NCBI GenBank assembly: GCA_021613535.1
Contig: CP075496.1
Span: 12,586,001-12,650,000, forward strand
DNA from: Adineta vaga
Lineage: Eukaryota; Animalia; Rotifera
Length of the DNA: 64,000 nucleotides
Direction of reading: 5' to 3'
Under the pieces are notes generated by a model, which saw only the letters and a list, made by a program, of their open reading frames with translations, searched no databases and was not told where the DNA came from. Shown here piece by piece: positions 1-11,012 of this stretch. The stretch's first letter is position 1, and every line of letters starts with the position of its first letter. The position numbers and the translations under genes are program-made.

Positions 1-50
1 GTGAAGGTGATGATGAAGATGACGATGAACAAAATTCGGTAGAGGCGTGA
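1..50 (+). CDS. 3' end of an unidentified gene (acidic C-terminus ...EGDDEDDDEQNSVEA*)
   Basis: Open acidic reading frame from the window edge to TGA at 48-50, followed by T-rich 3'UTR-like sequence. Too short to identify. Confidence 0.55.
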   Translation, partial: EGDDEDDDEQNSVEA

Positions 51-578
51 TTTTCTCGTCTTGTTTCGTCACTAAACTTTTCTTTCTTCATCATTCATAT
101 ATTGCTTTTTCATTTTCTTTCTTTTTCTTCTGATTTGTCCGCTTACAATGTTCGTTTTTGTCTTGTTTTCTTTTTTTCTGCTTCTTCTTCATTTTTCTTT
201 TCTTTTTCTCATTACAATGTTTATTCGTATTGACTAATAAAGATGGAGAGAGAGAGAGAAAACTAACTAGCAAAAATCATTTGTGATTGTTTTTAATATT
301 TATCATATGAAAAACAAAAAAAGGATCAGCAATTAACATGACAAATGTCAGAAAATATTGATCGAATCAAATATAATTCAATGATATGAAATTCAAACAT
401 TAACACAAATGACATTTTATCAATTGATTAATAGACAAGATATTTCATTCATTTCTTTCAATGGTTATTTTATGACTCCTTTTATATTCTTACAGTGTCA
501 CATCTGTTACTCATATAAACAGAGATGTGTATATAAATCAAAGCAATTTCTTTAGTTCGAATTGATAGTTTCTTTGCA

Positions 579-902
579 ATGGTGCAAACAATGAATCATC
601 CAAAACAAATGCCCCAACAGTCACAAGAAGTACATCATAAACCGCAAACGATTATCATTGTTTATGAACAACCGAAAGTGAATGTTGTACGTCAATATAC
701 GAAAACATTCGTTCCTCATGTTAATCCTGTCGAATATGAAAAACGGTTTAGTAATGTTCTACTTGATACAGCAACATTATTAGATTTCGTTCGACGACTT
801 AATATTCAAGAAGATCTAGTAAGATGAACTACTTTTCAAGAAGAAAAATTATTCTTTCTATTCTTTTAGATAACACCTCCATCTTATCGTCATATGAAAT
901 AA
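579..902 (+). CDS. Small protein of unknown function (~90 aa, 2 exons: 579-818, 870-902)
   Basis: ORF MVQTMNHP...NIQEDL, GTAAG donor at 819, TTTTAG acceptor ending 869, last exon ITPPSYRHMK*. TATATAAA near 530. The motif IIIVYEQPKVNVVRQY...NPVEYEKRF..LLD resembles, from recall, the C-terminal module of an expanded rotifer protein family. Confidence 0.7.
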
Positions 903-1886
903 AAGATACGAAACTATGAAGATTAGTAATGGATTGTTAACATCATGATTGAATTGAAAAGAGAATGAACATATGCTTTCGATGAAACTTATGTATATAT
1001 ATCTGAGTCGAGCTTTTTTGTCTTTTTTTTCTGAAAAGTTAACCATGCTTGTAATAAACATCTATGCGTATCGAAAAGAATTAAAATGAACTTACCCGAA
1101 TCGTTGATCATTTGGTTTATAATCTGATAAGTTTTTAAATCTTCTATATAAAAACAAAAAGAGATGAAAAGTTGCCGATTCATTAATTTTCTTTTGACGA
1201 ATTATTTTCATCTGAAAGAACAAGAAAATCCTTTTCAGAATCATGCATCTTTGATCTATATCATACTTCCGATAATTAAGAACAAAGAATTTGTTTTTTC
1301 GATGTTGATAATTGATTTATCAAAGGTTTACTTTAATTAATGATGTAAAAATGGTTGTTGTTGAACGTTGTTGCTTCATCTTTTACTTTCTTTCGATATA
1401 AGAATAATAATATAATCAGAATTGTTGAAAGATTTTTATTAGAATTTATCCTAAGGACATTGAATGTCGTTTGTTTTATCTCAGAATTAGATTAGAGTCT
1501 ACATTGTTGAGACAAACTGTCGTTTTATTAGAAATAAGCTTCGCAGTTTACTTTCCTATCGTATGGAAAAACTAGAGAGAGAGAGAACTCTTTACTGTGC
1601 AGAATCTTATTTGTATTTATTATTAGAATATATTGATAGTTCTGACTAGCTGTCTTACGTCCATCAGTGATTCATTAATGATTTGTTTCTATTTTCATCT
1701 CTTTTATTATACGGTCGTATTGTTTTGCTGAATATATGCATCGATGATGAAAGCATATCTTAATGCATTTTATTTGAATATTAATAATAGATCTTATATA
1801 GCAGAATATTGATTTTTGAATGAAGAGAGAAAGTGATCGAAGATGTAAATGTTTGAATAAGAAGTTTTGAAGATAAATTGTAATAG

Positions 1887-1909
1887 ATATATATATATAT
1901 ATATATATA
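1887..1909. repeat. (AT)n microsatellite
   Basis: Perfect atatat run. Confidence 0.85.
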
Positions 1910-2216
1910 CTGAATAGATTGTTTACAATCATAAATCTGTCATGATCTTGAAAATTGTCAATATTTATGTCCATTTAGATAGAAATCTAAGAGATAATGA
2001 GAAACATCAATTTTAAAATTGATAAGATTGTTGGTATGTTTTACACATATGGAAAAAACTCATTGATTTCAATCTAAATTTATTGAAAAAGATTTGCTAA
2101 AGTAGTTGTGGAAAATTTTTGATATAAATAAATAAAAATAGAACGAATGCCATAACGTCATCATTTGCTTGTCGAGATTGTATAAGTGACTTTGTATTGC
2201 TCATTGTGCCAATGTC

Positions 2217-4540
2217 TCAATCATCATCCAAATTCTCGTCAATCAACAAGAGATCTACAAAGTTCTGAATTAGTTGCCATATGATATCTAAAAATTACAT
2301 CATATACTTCAAGGAGGTTTAAATTAGTACCATAACATCGATGGAGAAATCTTCTACAGACTACTTATAACTATTATTACATAATCAATGTTGATTGGAT
2401 CTTTACTTTTCTTTTTCTTTCAATTAGGTTTTATTAAAGAATCAGACGATGATGCTTATTTGTGACTGATATCAATAGTAAAAGTCTTTCGTCGTATTCA
2501 CTTACGTTTCCATTCGTCTACGCTATATTCTGCATTTTGATGTTCGTCAATTATTTGGCCTCTAGATGGTTCATCCATGGGATCATGGTATTCAGATAGA
2601 AAAGGATGAGCTAGAAAGATAGATATTTTATGTAAAAAAAAGCATAAGCTTAAGTGATTAATACTGTTGAGATAGATTACCTAGAGCTTCTTCAGCGCTT
2701 GGACGTTGACGATGATCAAAAGATAGAAGACGTCGAAGGAGATCAACACCTACAATGAAGTCAAATGAATGAATGAGTGAAGAAGATAAAAGAATTGTAT
2801 GTGATCGATTTACCGTCTGGTGAAACACCAGATGTTGGATTTGCATTGCCTTCAGTATATTTGTAGCCAAAGAGTTGGTTAAAATCTTGTGGTGATCGAG
2901 GTGCTATTTGTCGAATATACGCTGCTGCATCTAAAAAACATTTCGATATATTAATATAGTGTTGGTACTTGATAGTTTGAAATAAAATACTCTATCAATT
3001 AATTGAAAAGTAAGCAATGATCAAGCGAATCCAACTTCAAAAACTATCTCTGAGATTTATCAAACTCGACTCTAGATTGTTTTCAAATTCAAAATATTCG
3101 ATTGGTTTGTATGTTGTCTACCAACCTGGTGCACATATATCATCTATTGTTGTTAGATCAGGTGTACCAATAATATCAAATATTTTATCTAATTGATCGG
3201 TATGGTCTACTCCACAGAAAAGCGTTTTATGTACGATCAATTCAGCCATTATGCAACCGACAGACCATACGTCTAATTTATTATTACATTGTGTTTCGTT
3301 GGTAAAAGTTTCTGGTGCATCCCAAATTCTAATCAAAGGAACATTTCATATGTTTAAAAGTCAAAATTTAACTATTAATATACCTAGCAGAAAAATCTTC
3401 AGATATAACATGACGAAATGAAAAATTAACTGAGACATTTGTAGCGATCTGAATTAAAATAATAGAGTATAGAAATAACAAATTACTACAAAAATAAGTT
3501 CAAAATCTTATTTGTACTTTGATCATGTTCATCTTTTCGTTTCATAATAATCATATAATCAATGATTCCTACGCAATAGAATCTCATTGAACAATGTAAA
3601 TTATTATGAAATAAAAGAGATCACTGTAGAATGACTATATATCTTAGAGTAATTTGTAATACTTACTGTGATATTTCCATTCTTATCTATTCTAACATTT
3701 TTTGGTGTCAGATCCTATTTCAATCATAAGACATGTAAGTTCATGTATATCTTTATTTCTGTGTTACACTTACACGATGAATAATACCCGCTGAATGAAT
3801 AAACTAAATAGGAACGAAACCAAATAGAATTTTAGCACATACAGCTGATCCTATTCACAATAGATTCATACTTTTAAACCGCGAAGTAGTTGATAGATTA
3901 TTAGTTTGACATGTTCTTCAGTAAATGCAGTACATTCAAAAGCTTCATGTAAATTATAATCAACATAATTCAATACAAAATATCTAGAAGGTAGTTACAG
4001 AAATATTAACATTATAATTATACGAAATTCCTTCTAAAAAGAAAAACATACAATGTTTGAAAATTGTTTACATCTTGTTCCGGTGTGAAGACATTGTATA
4101 ATTGCATGACCTATGATCGAACGAAGTAGTACATTGTATCATAATATGACAAGAAAGTGTAGGATTACAAACTTGCACATCTGGATAGTTGAGATCCATC
4201 AGAAGTTTAAGCTCCTGATAAGCTCGTTTTGCATGGATTGTATCTTGAAATGGGCGACGTATATTTTTAATTGCGACATGTCTACCTGTTTTCTAAATTA
4301 TAATACAATAGTATTTACTTATAGAGATATTTATAATCATCTATACTGTATCTAACGCATGACTAAAAAGATAAATGTACTTATACAAAAAGGAAAAAAA
4401 GATATTTGAACTTACAGAACAATACCAAAAGCGCCTTGTCCTATTGGCTGTAGATCTTGATATCGGATAGGTAATGTGAATGAATGATTATCATAGATAG
4501 CTGTATGCCACCGGGTTTGATTTGAAGAAGGAACAGTCAT
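2217..4540 (-). CDS. p38-like MAP kinase paralog A, predicted pseudokinase
   Basis: Spliced model: MTVPSS..LPIRYQDLQPIGQGAFGIV, VAIKNIRRPF, HAKRAYQELKLL, VMQLYNVFTPE, FIHSAGIIHRDLTPKN, IATNVSVNFSFRHVISEDFSAR, IWDAPE, DVWSVGCIMAEL, AHPFLSEYHDPMDEP, IIWQLIQNF..DDD*. All introns are GT-AG and the frame stays open. No DFG or TGY motif. Confidence 0.88.
2677..2894. repeat. Near-identical tract, copy 1 (shared with 5526-5743)
   Basis: About 218 bp with only 3 mismatches seen against 5526-5743, including an identical intron. Confidence 0.9.
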
Positions 4541-5173
4541 CTCTATGTTTATTACTCAGAAAAAAAATAATCCTTTATGGCTGACTTTAGGTGATATTGA
4601 TTGTGTATATATATATATATGTACGAAAGAGACCAATAATTTTCACCTACTCACTGAACCACGATAGAGGAAAAAGTACATGTGATGATAGGTAGTAGCG
4701 ATAAACGAGAAAGAACTACGAAAAACCAAACATCGATGATATGAAATATAATCGTTAATGATGTTTTAACATTGGAATTTATATACAATTATTCGTCGTT
4801 GTACAGAATCTATATATACTTGTTGTAATGCTTATTAAGTCATATGAAATCTGTTCATGTAATGTGTATGTAATCCTTGATTGGACGAACATTTTTATCA
4901 GTATAGAATAGTGTATACACAATGCACAATTCATAGGAAAAGAAATATTTTTTGAAAGGCTCACAAAGATACAAGAATTTGTTTTTCACAAATGAAAGCA
5001 AATAACAAGACATAGGTTTGAAGAAAACACAAATAAATCATGATTACATGTTCAAATAAACTCAAAAAACTGAAAGAATGTCTGTGAGTAATCAAAATAT
5101 AAATGAGAATGATTTTATATCAAATGATGTAATGCCAATTTAAGTATAGTTCTATTGTTTTTTGTGTTTGCTT

Positions 5174-7235
5174 TTATTGTTGATTATCATTATTTTCGTT
5201 AGCCCAAGCTGGTTCCACGAAATTATGAATTAGTTGCCAGATGATACCTAGAATAATATGAATGATTTTAATCGAACTCTAAACAGTACTCTTATCTGTT
5301 GATTCTGAATCCATCAGAGAGAAGGGAGATAGTGTCAACTATGTTTCACTCACGTTTCCATCCCAATATGTCATGTTCCGCGTCTCCGTGTTCATCAACT
5401 ATTGAATTTCGAGCTGGTTCATCATCTGGATCATGAAATTCGGCCAAAAACGGGTGAGCTAAAGAGATATAGTAAAATACGTTATGATAATGATTGAAAA
5501 GGATGACTAATAATATTAAGATAACTTACCTAAAGCTTCTTCAGCGCTTGGACGTTGACGATGATCAAAAGATAGAAGACGTCGAAGGAGATCAACACCT
5601 ACAATGAAGTCAAATGAATGAATGAGTGAAGAAGATAAAAGAATTGTATGTGATCGATTTACCGTCTGGCGACACACCAGATGTTGGATTTGCATTGCCT
5701 TCAGTATATTTGTAGCCAAAGAGTTGGTTAAAATCTTGTGGTGGTTGAGCTGGTATTTTTCGAATATACGCTGCTATTTCTAGAAATACAATATACACAT
5801 TAAGTGTCGACTAACAGATGTAGCTGTGATTCCAGCAACTTCTTCTCTAATCTTTTACTGAAATGTGTGAGTAAAATCTCAAATAATATTAATTTCGTAT
5901 TCATGCTATAAATTTAGTTTGCACATTATCTACCAACCTGGTGTACAAATCTCATCTATTGTTGTTAGATCAGGTGTACCAATAATATCAAATATTTTAT
6001 TTAATTGATCAGTATGATCTTGTCCACGAAAAATTGGGCTGCGTACAATTAATTCTCCCAGTATACAACCAATTGACCATGTATCAAGTTTTTCATTATA
6101 TCGTTCCCAATTGATAAACACCTCCGGTGCACGCCACCATCTAACAAAGAATAAAACTAACAGATATGTAAATTCTTCCAATAATTTGACAAATTTCTCG
6201 TATGAAAATTAATCTGCATCCATTTGTTTTACAATGCGAAAGTTAAAAAATTAATAGCATACCTTGCTTGAACGTAGCCTGTGTTAACACCGTTTGCTAA
6301 AACACGAGACAAGCCAAGATCTAAAATCTATTCAAAACAAATAGAAATAAAACTTATATTTTTTCATTTACCATAACATTTGACTCGCGATCAATTCCAA
6401 TATTTGTTGGTTTTAGATCCTATTTCAATAATATGAAATATATGATTTCATTCATATGTATCCTTTCGAATTATACATACACGATGAATAACACCAGCTG
6501 AATGCATAAACTAAAGTCGAACATTATGAAAAGTATTGCAAATACGACATGACTATTGACAAGAATTTCCTACTTTTAAACCACGAAGTAATGAATAAAT
6601 AATTTGTTTGATGTGGTCTTCAGTAAATGCATTAGATCGAATAACTCGATGTAAATCATAATCAGCATAATTCAATACCATATAACTGAAATATAATCAG
6701 AAAAAAAACAAGTGTTACTCGAACAATACAAAAATTCTCTATAAAAAACATACAATGTTTGAAAACTGTCAATATCTGATTCCGGTGTGAAGACATTGAG
6801 TATTTGCTAACTACATTAAGAAGAAGTCGATAGGAAGTTGAAAGACTCTAGGAGAATGTATATTTATATACCTGTGCATCAGGATGATTGAGATCTATCA
6901 GAAGTTTAAGTTCCCGATAAGCTCGTTTTGCATGGAGTGGATGTCGAAATGGTTGGAGTAATTTTTTGATAGCGACATATTTACCTGTGTTCTAAATTAG
7001 AATATATTAATATTTACTTATGGAGACATTTACAGTCATTCCTACTGTATCTGTCACACGACTAAAAATAACAATGTAATTATACAAAAATGAGAAAAGA
7101 TATTTGAACTTACATAACGAGACCAAAAGCACCTTGTCCAAGTGGCTCTGGATTTTGGTATCGTGTAGGTAGAGTAAATGAATGATTATCAAGGATAAAT
7201 GTATACAATCCTGTTTGATTTGTATTCGCAGCCAT
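5174..7235 (-). CDS. p38-like MAP kinase paralog B (TGY activation motif)
   Basis: Spliced model: MAANTN..LPTRYQNPEPLGQGAFGLV, VAIKKLLQPF, HAKRAYRELKLL, FMHSAGVIHRDLKPTN, ILDLGLSR..NTGYVQARWWRAPE, DTWSIGCILGEL, AHPFLAEFHDPDDEP, stop at 5174-5176. Same exon structure as paralog A. Confidence 0.9.
5526..5743. repeat. Near-identical tract, copy 2 (shared with 2677-2894)
   Basis: Direct comparison of the two MAPK paralogs. Confidence 0.9.
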
Positions 7236-9211
7236 TGTATCAATTCGGTGAAATCTATAAGTACAAAATGAGTTTATCTCGATTTTTAAAAAGAACTTTT
7301 AAATGTATGAATAGGAACTAGCAAAATCTGAATGCTTTTTCATAGAAATCATTCAGATAGGAAAAAAGTTGGTTGCATTTCGAAGTAATTCAAGTTAAAA
7401 TGGTACAGGTGAGAAAAAAGAGGAAGTGAAACGATTCATCGCGGAATATGTATATAAATGACTGTCAAAAGGAAAAAACCACGAGAATGAAAATGATCTG
7501 ATGTAAAAATGAATACTTATAAAAATTATATGGAAATTTACAAGAAGAATAGTATTCTCCTTCTTTTGCAGCTTTGTAAAATAAGACATTCCTTTCATAT
7601 TTTGCAATACTTGTCCATATAACGATTTTTTTCATATTAGATTCGTTGTCATTATACGAGAATATCTACCAGACATCGAATATGCCATTTTATCTTTATG
7701 AAATAGAAATACAAAAAGAGAAGGTAATCAAAATCTCATTACAAAAGAAACAAATAAAAAACAACATCGTATCATGCGGTAAAATGTATTGGTTGGGTTT
7801 TTATTTTGCTGTTTTTCGAAATTTTCCTTTTAAGTAACACTCTGGCTGGCGACAGGAACGAAAAAAAGAGTAAAATAAATATGAGAACCTTCATAAATGC
7901 ATGTGTCTGAATGGTTTGTTTTTACTAAAAACAATTCTTTTTTGTTGTTACTTCACTCAATCCATTGACTTTCGTATTGTATGACTACGAAAGAATTATT
8001 AATCAATGTGAATCTATTAATTATCAATTTAATTAAAATAAATATGCCTTTTCTCATTTGAATTCTAAGTACATGTAGTTAGAATGATGATGGAACAATA
8101 TTGCTGATTTTGTATTCATTTGTTGTGTACAAAACAGAAATAATTTAGAAAGAAAATTCATGGGTCAGTGATCGATTTAAGTGAAGCGAAACAATCTTCT
8201 ATCATAGACAGATTATATTTCTCACATAAAGTCACGAACAAAATAATTTTTTCTCATCAATTGATAAGATAAAGCAAACAGAATCGAATTTAATACAAAG
8301 GATGATTATTCTTTTTCAATAGGATCTTCGTTTTATCAGTTTGAAGTAATCGAATCTTAGCTTGATCAAAATTCTATACAATTAAAGGATAAGATTTAAA
8401 AAGAAAAGCTGAATGCATTTTTTTTACAATAGAATTGTTGAAGAAAACTACTATTCGTTTGACATACTTTGTATTCTTCGAAGTTTATTTCTTATCTATT
8501 CATAGTAAATCAAAAGAATCCACCGAAGACACATATACATGAATATATAAACGATGAATGATCAAAGAACAAACGAGATCCTATTTGGAATTCTGATCGT
8601 TGCAAAGGAATCGATCATCACTCCTCATAAATTAACATATAGACAAAAGTATTATCAACAAAAGTTCATTTATAGATAAAACAAGAATACAACTTCTAAT
8701 TTGGAAACATCGAGAAAACTATTTGTATACATTACTTTTCATTAGTTTAATGAAAAATTAATATTTTATGTAGTTCTTTTTGTCCAAGTTATTCACGTTG
8801 AGTTCAAAAGGAAAAAAGTACAAGGATACATGGGAATTTCTTGTTTTTATTCATGTCAAAAAGTCATGTTTATATTCTTTCTTTTGTCTCTCTTTATTAC
8901 TATTTTATTGCAACGAAATTCTTAAGATAGATTGAACTAATTTATACGAGTTATCTGATGCATGAGAAAAACACAACTCGGTTCTTTGATCTCTATTATC
9001 TATTTTTCTTTCTTTTTCTTCATCAACGTTGTCCTTTTATGTGTGTGTGGTATATGGTTTCCAAAAGTGAGTATGCCATACAAGTAATTATAGATGACTG
9101 ACGTGCTTTTCCTCTTCTTTTCTCTCCAGTGCTCGTTTTCTTGCATAAAAAATAAATGAATGAAGTAAAAAGAGACATAAGAAAAGAAGAAAACGTTTTT
9201 CATAAATTATT

Positions 9212-9493
9212 ATGGGTAAATTCTTTTCGCCATCAATGTTAACGAGATGTCCATTGACGACTGCAACGAGAATGAATGCCAGTTATAAAAATATCATCGG
9301 CAATAAACCATCCAAACTACACCGATGGTTATTTGGAATGATTATTGGTTCGGCACCATTTTTAATTATTCTTCTTAGTTGGATGTTTGTTTCTATTTGT
9401 CTGAATAATCTTGTTCGACTTTATCATTATCAAAGGAAACGATATCATCGAACATCACAAATGAATGATGTGAAGAATAGAATTAATATTTAA
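9212..9493 (+). CDS. Putative small single-pass membrane protein (93 aa), orphan
   Basis: ATG-initiated ORF with a hydrophobic segment WLFGMIIGSAPFLIILLSWMFVSICL followed by a basic stretch YQRKRYHR. It lies in an otherwise gene-free gap. No recognisable homology. Confidence 0.4.
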   Translation: MGKFFSPSMLTRCPLTTATRMNASYKNIIGNKPSKLHRWLFGMIIGSAPFLIILLSWMFVSICLNNLVRLYHYQRKRYHRTSQMNDVKNRINI

Positions 9494-11012
9494 TCATTCA
9501 ACAGCAAATGATAACGAGTATTTAGAAAGTTTCAATCGGTAAGGACAATTTTTGTTTCTTTTTCTGAATGGAAAGAAAAATTTCAATACTCTAAAAGGTT
9601 TTTAAACCAAGTTACGACTGATTTGTATCATATTTTCTTTGTATAGAAGTTACGCATATATAAAGAAACTCATGGGAAAAGTATAATGTTATTTTGCTAG
9701 TTCTGTTTTTTTTTTAAAGAAAGAATCTATTCATTCACATGGAATTGTATATATAATGTGAGAAATTTCTTCAAGTGTAAATAAATAGAATAGTCAATTT
9801 GAATTAGTTATCATTTCCGGACATAAGTTGCAATTCAACTATCAAGTAATAGTTGAAATAACTAATGAAATTGATGTATTTACTCTTAAAATCTAGGCAG
9901 AAAGTTTGATTATGAATACATTGTCCTATTAAGAACAAAGTACAATATTTTACTAAAGTTTGTGAGAATTTAATCAAATGGTATGGACAGTTTGTCTGAT
10001 TAAGTAAAGTGTAAATCATACTTAGAACAGAAAGATATGAATAAGAATACGTTCTATAATGTGCTTACTAACCTTTGCATCGGGATAAACTACATTTATT
10101 TCTGACAAAATACCATTAGTTACGCTAAACATCGGTTGGAAGAATCTGTTTTTTCTTGTTTATTAATCTATCACTCGTTCTATAATGCAGGATTGATCTT
10201 CTTATGAATAGTATGTGCAAGGAATATTGCAATGGAATCTTTCACACATTCTTCGGATTACCTAATTGCATATGAAGTTTAGCATCCTAAAAGATTTATT
10301 TATATCTTATTCCTAGTTTTACATGTATTCAACGATTAGAAATATCCCCACGATCTCATGTTTTCTTTCAAATAGAAATTCAAAACGATTTCTACCATCT
10401 CATCAATACTTTTCCCATATTAACTGTTTAATAAATCGGTACAACTTTCTATTTCAGGAATCTTCAATACAATAACAATAACATAGATTTCAATAATATC
10501 AAAACTTTTCAATTATGTATATTTATGTGTATAATAGAACCAAAAAAAAAGAAAATTTATTTTTTTATCTTCACCAGTCATGAGGAACAGCCAAAGAAGG
10601 AGAAAATCAAGCAAAAGAAAAAACACACACACACAGAGGAGAAAGAGAGAAAATTTTCGTGTTTTCTATAGATAGATACTGTTACGAGAGCAAAACGTGG
10701 TTGTATGAAGTTTTTTTTTCTTTTTTTTCGAACAATTCATTTAGCTTGTTGGGGATTGTTTGATGATATAATAAACTCGATGGAATGCAAGCAAATCAAG
10801 ATGACAAAAACAAAACGAAAGGAAAGAGAGAAAAACCGAGAAGCAGTAATCGACAAGTAGCACCCTGTTTGAGAGAGAGAGCGAGAGAAGATAAAGAAGA
10901 AGAAGAAGACGCCGAAAAAAAGAGAATCAATCATCAGACTAAATATTTTGTGGCTAGAGAGAGGTTGAAAAAGAAAAGGAAAAAGAGAAAAATTGTACAT
11001 ATATAATTAAAT

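Noticed and set aside
2217-4540. Calling MAPK paralog A a pseudogene
   Set aside because: No stop codons or frameshifts were found, and all splice sites and exon lengths, including the micro-exon, are preserved.
9800-10500. Broken coding-like stretches on the minus strand (e.g. ECVKDSIAIFLAHTIHKKINPAL, GILSEINVVYPDAK)
   Set aside because: Multiple stops and frame changes with no recognisable family. It may be a decayed gene, but this cannot be supported without a search.
10737-11006. Lys/Glu-rich and Phe-rich ORFs downstream of ZRANB1
   Set aside because: Purine/pyrimidine-skewed 3'UTR sequence.
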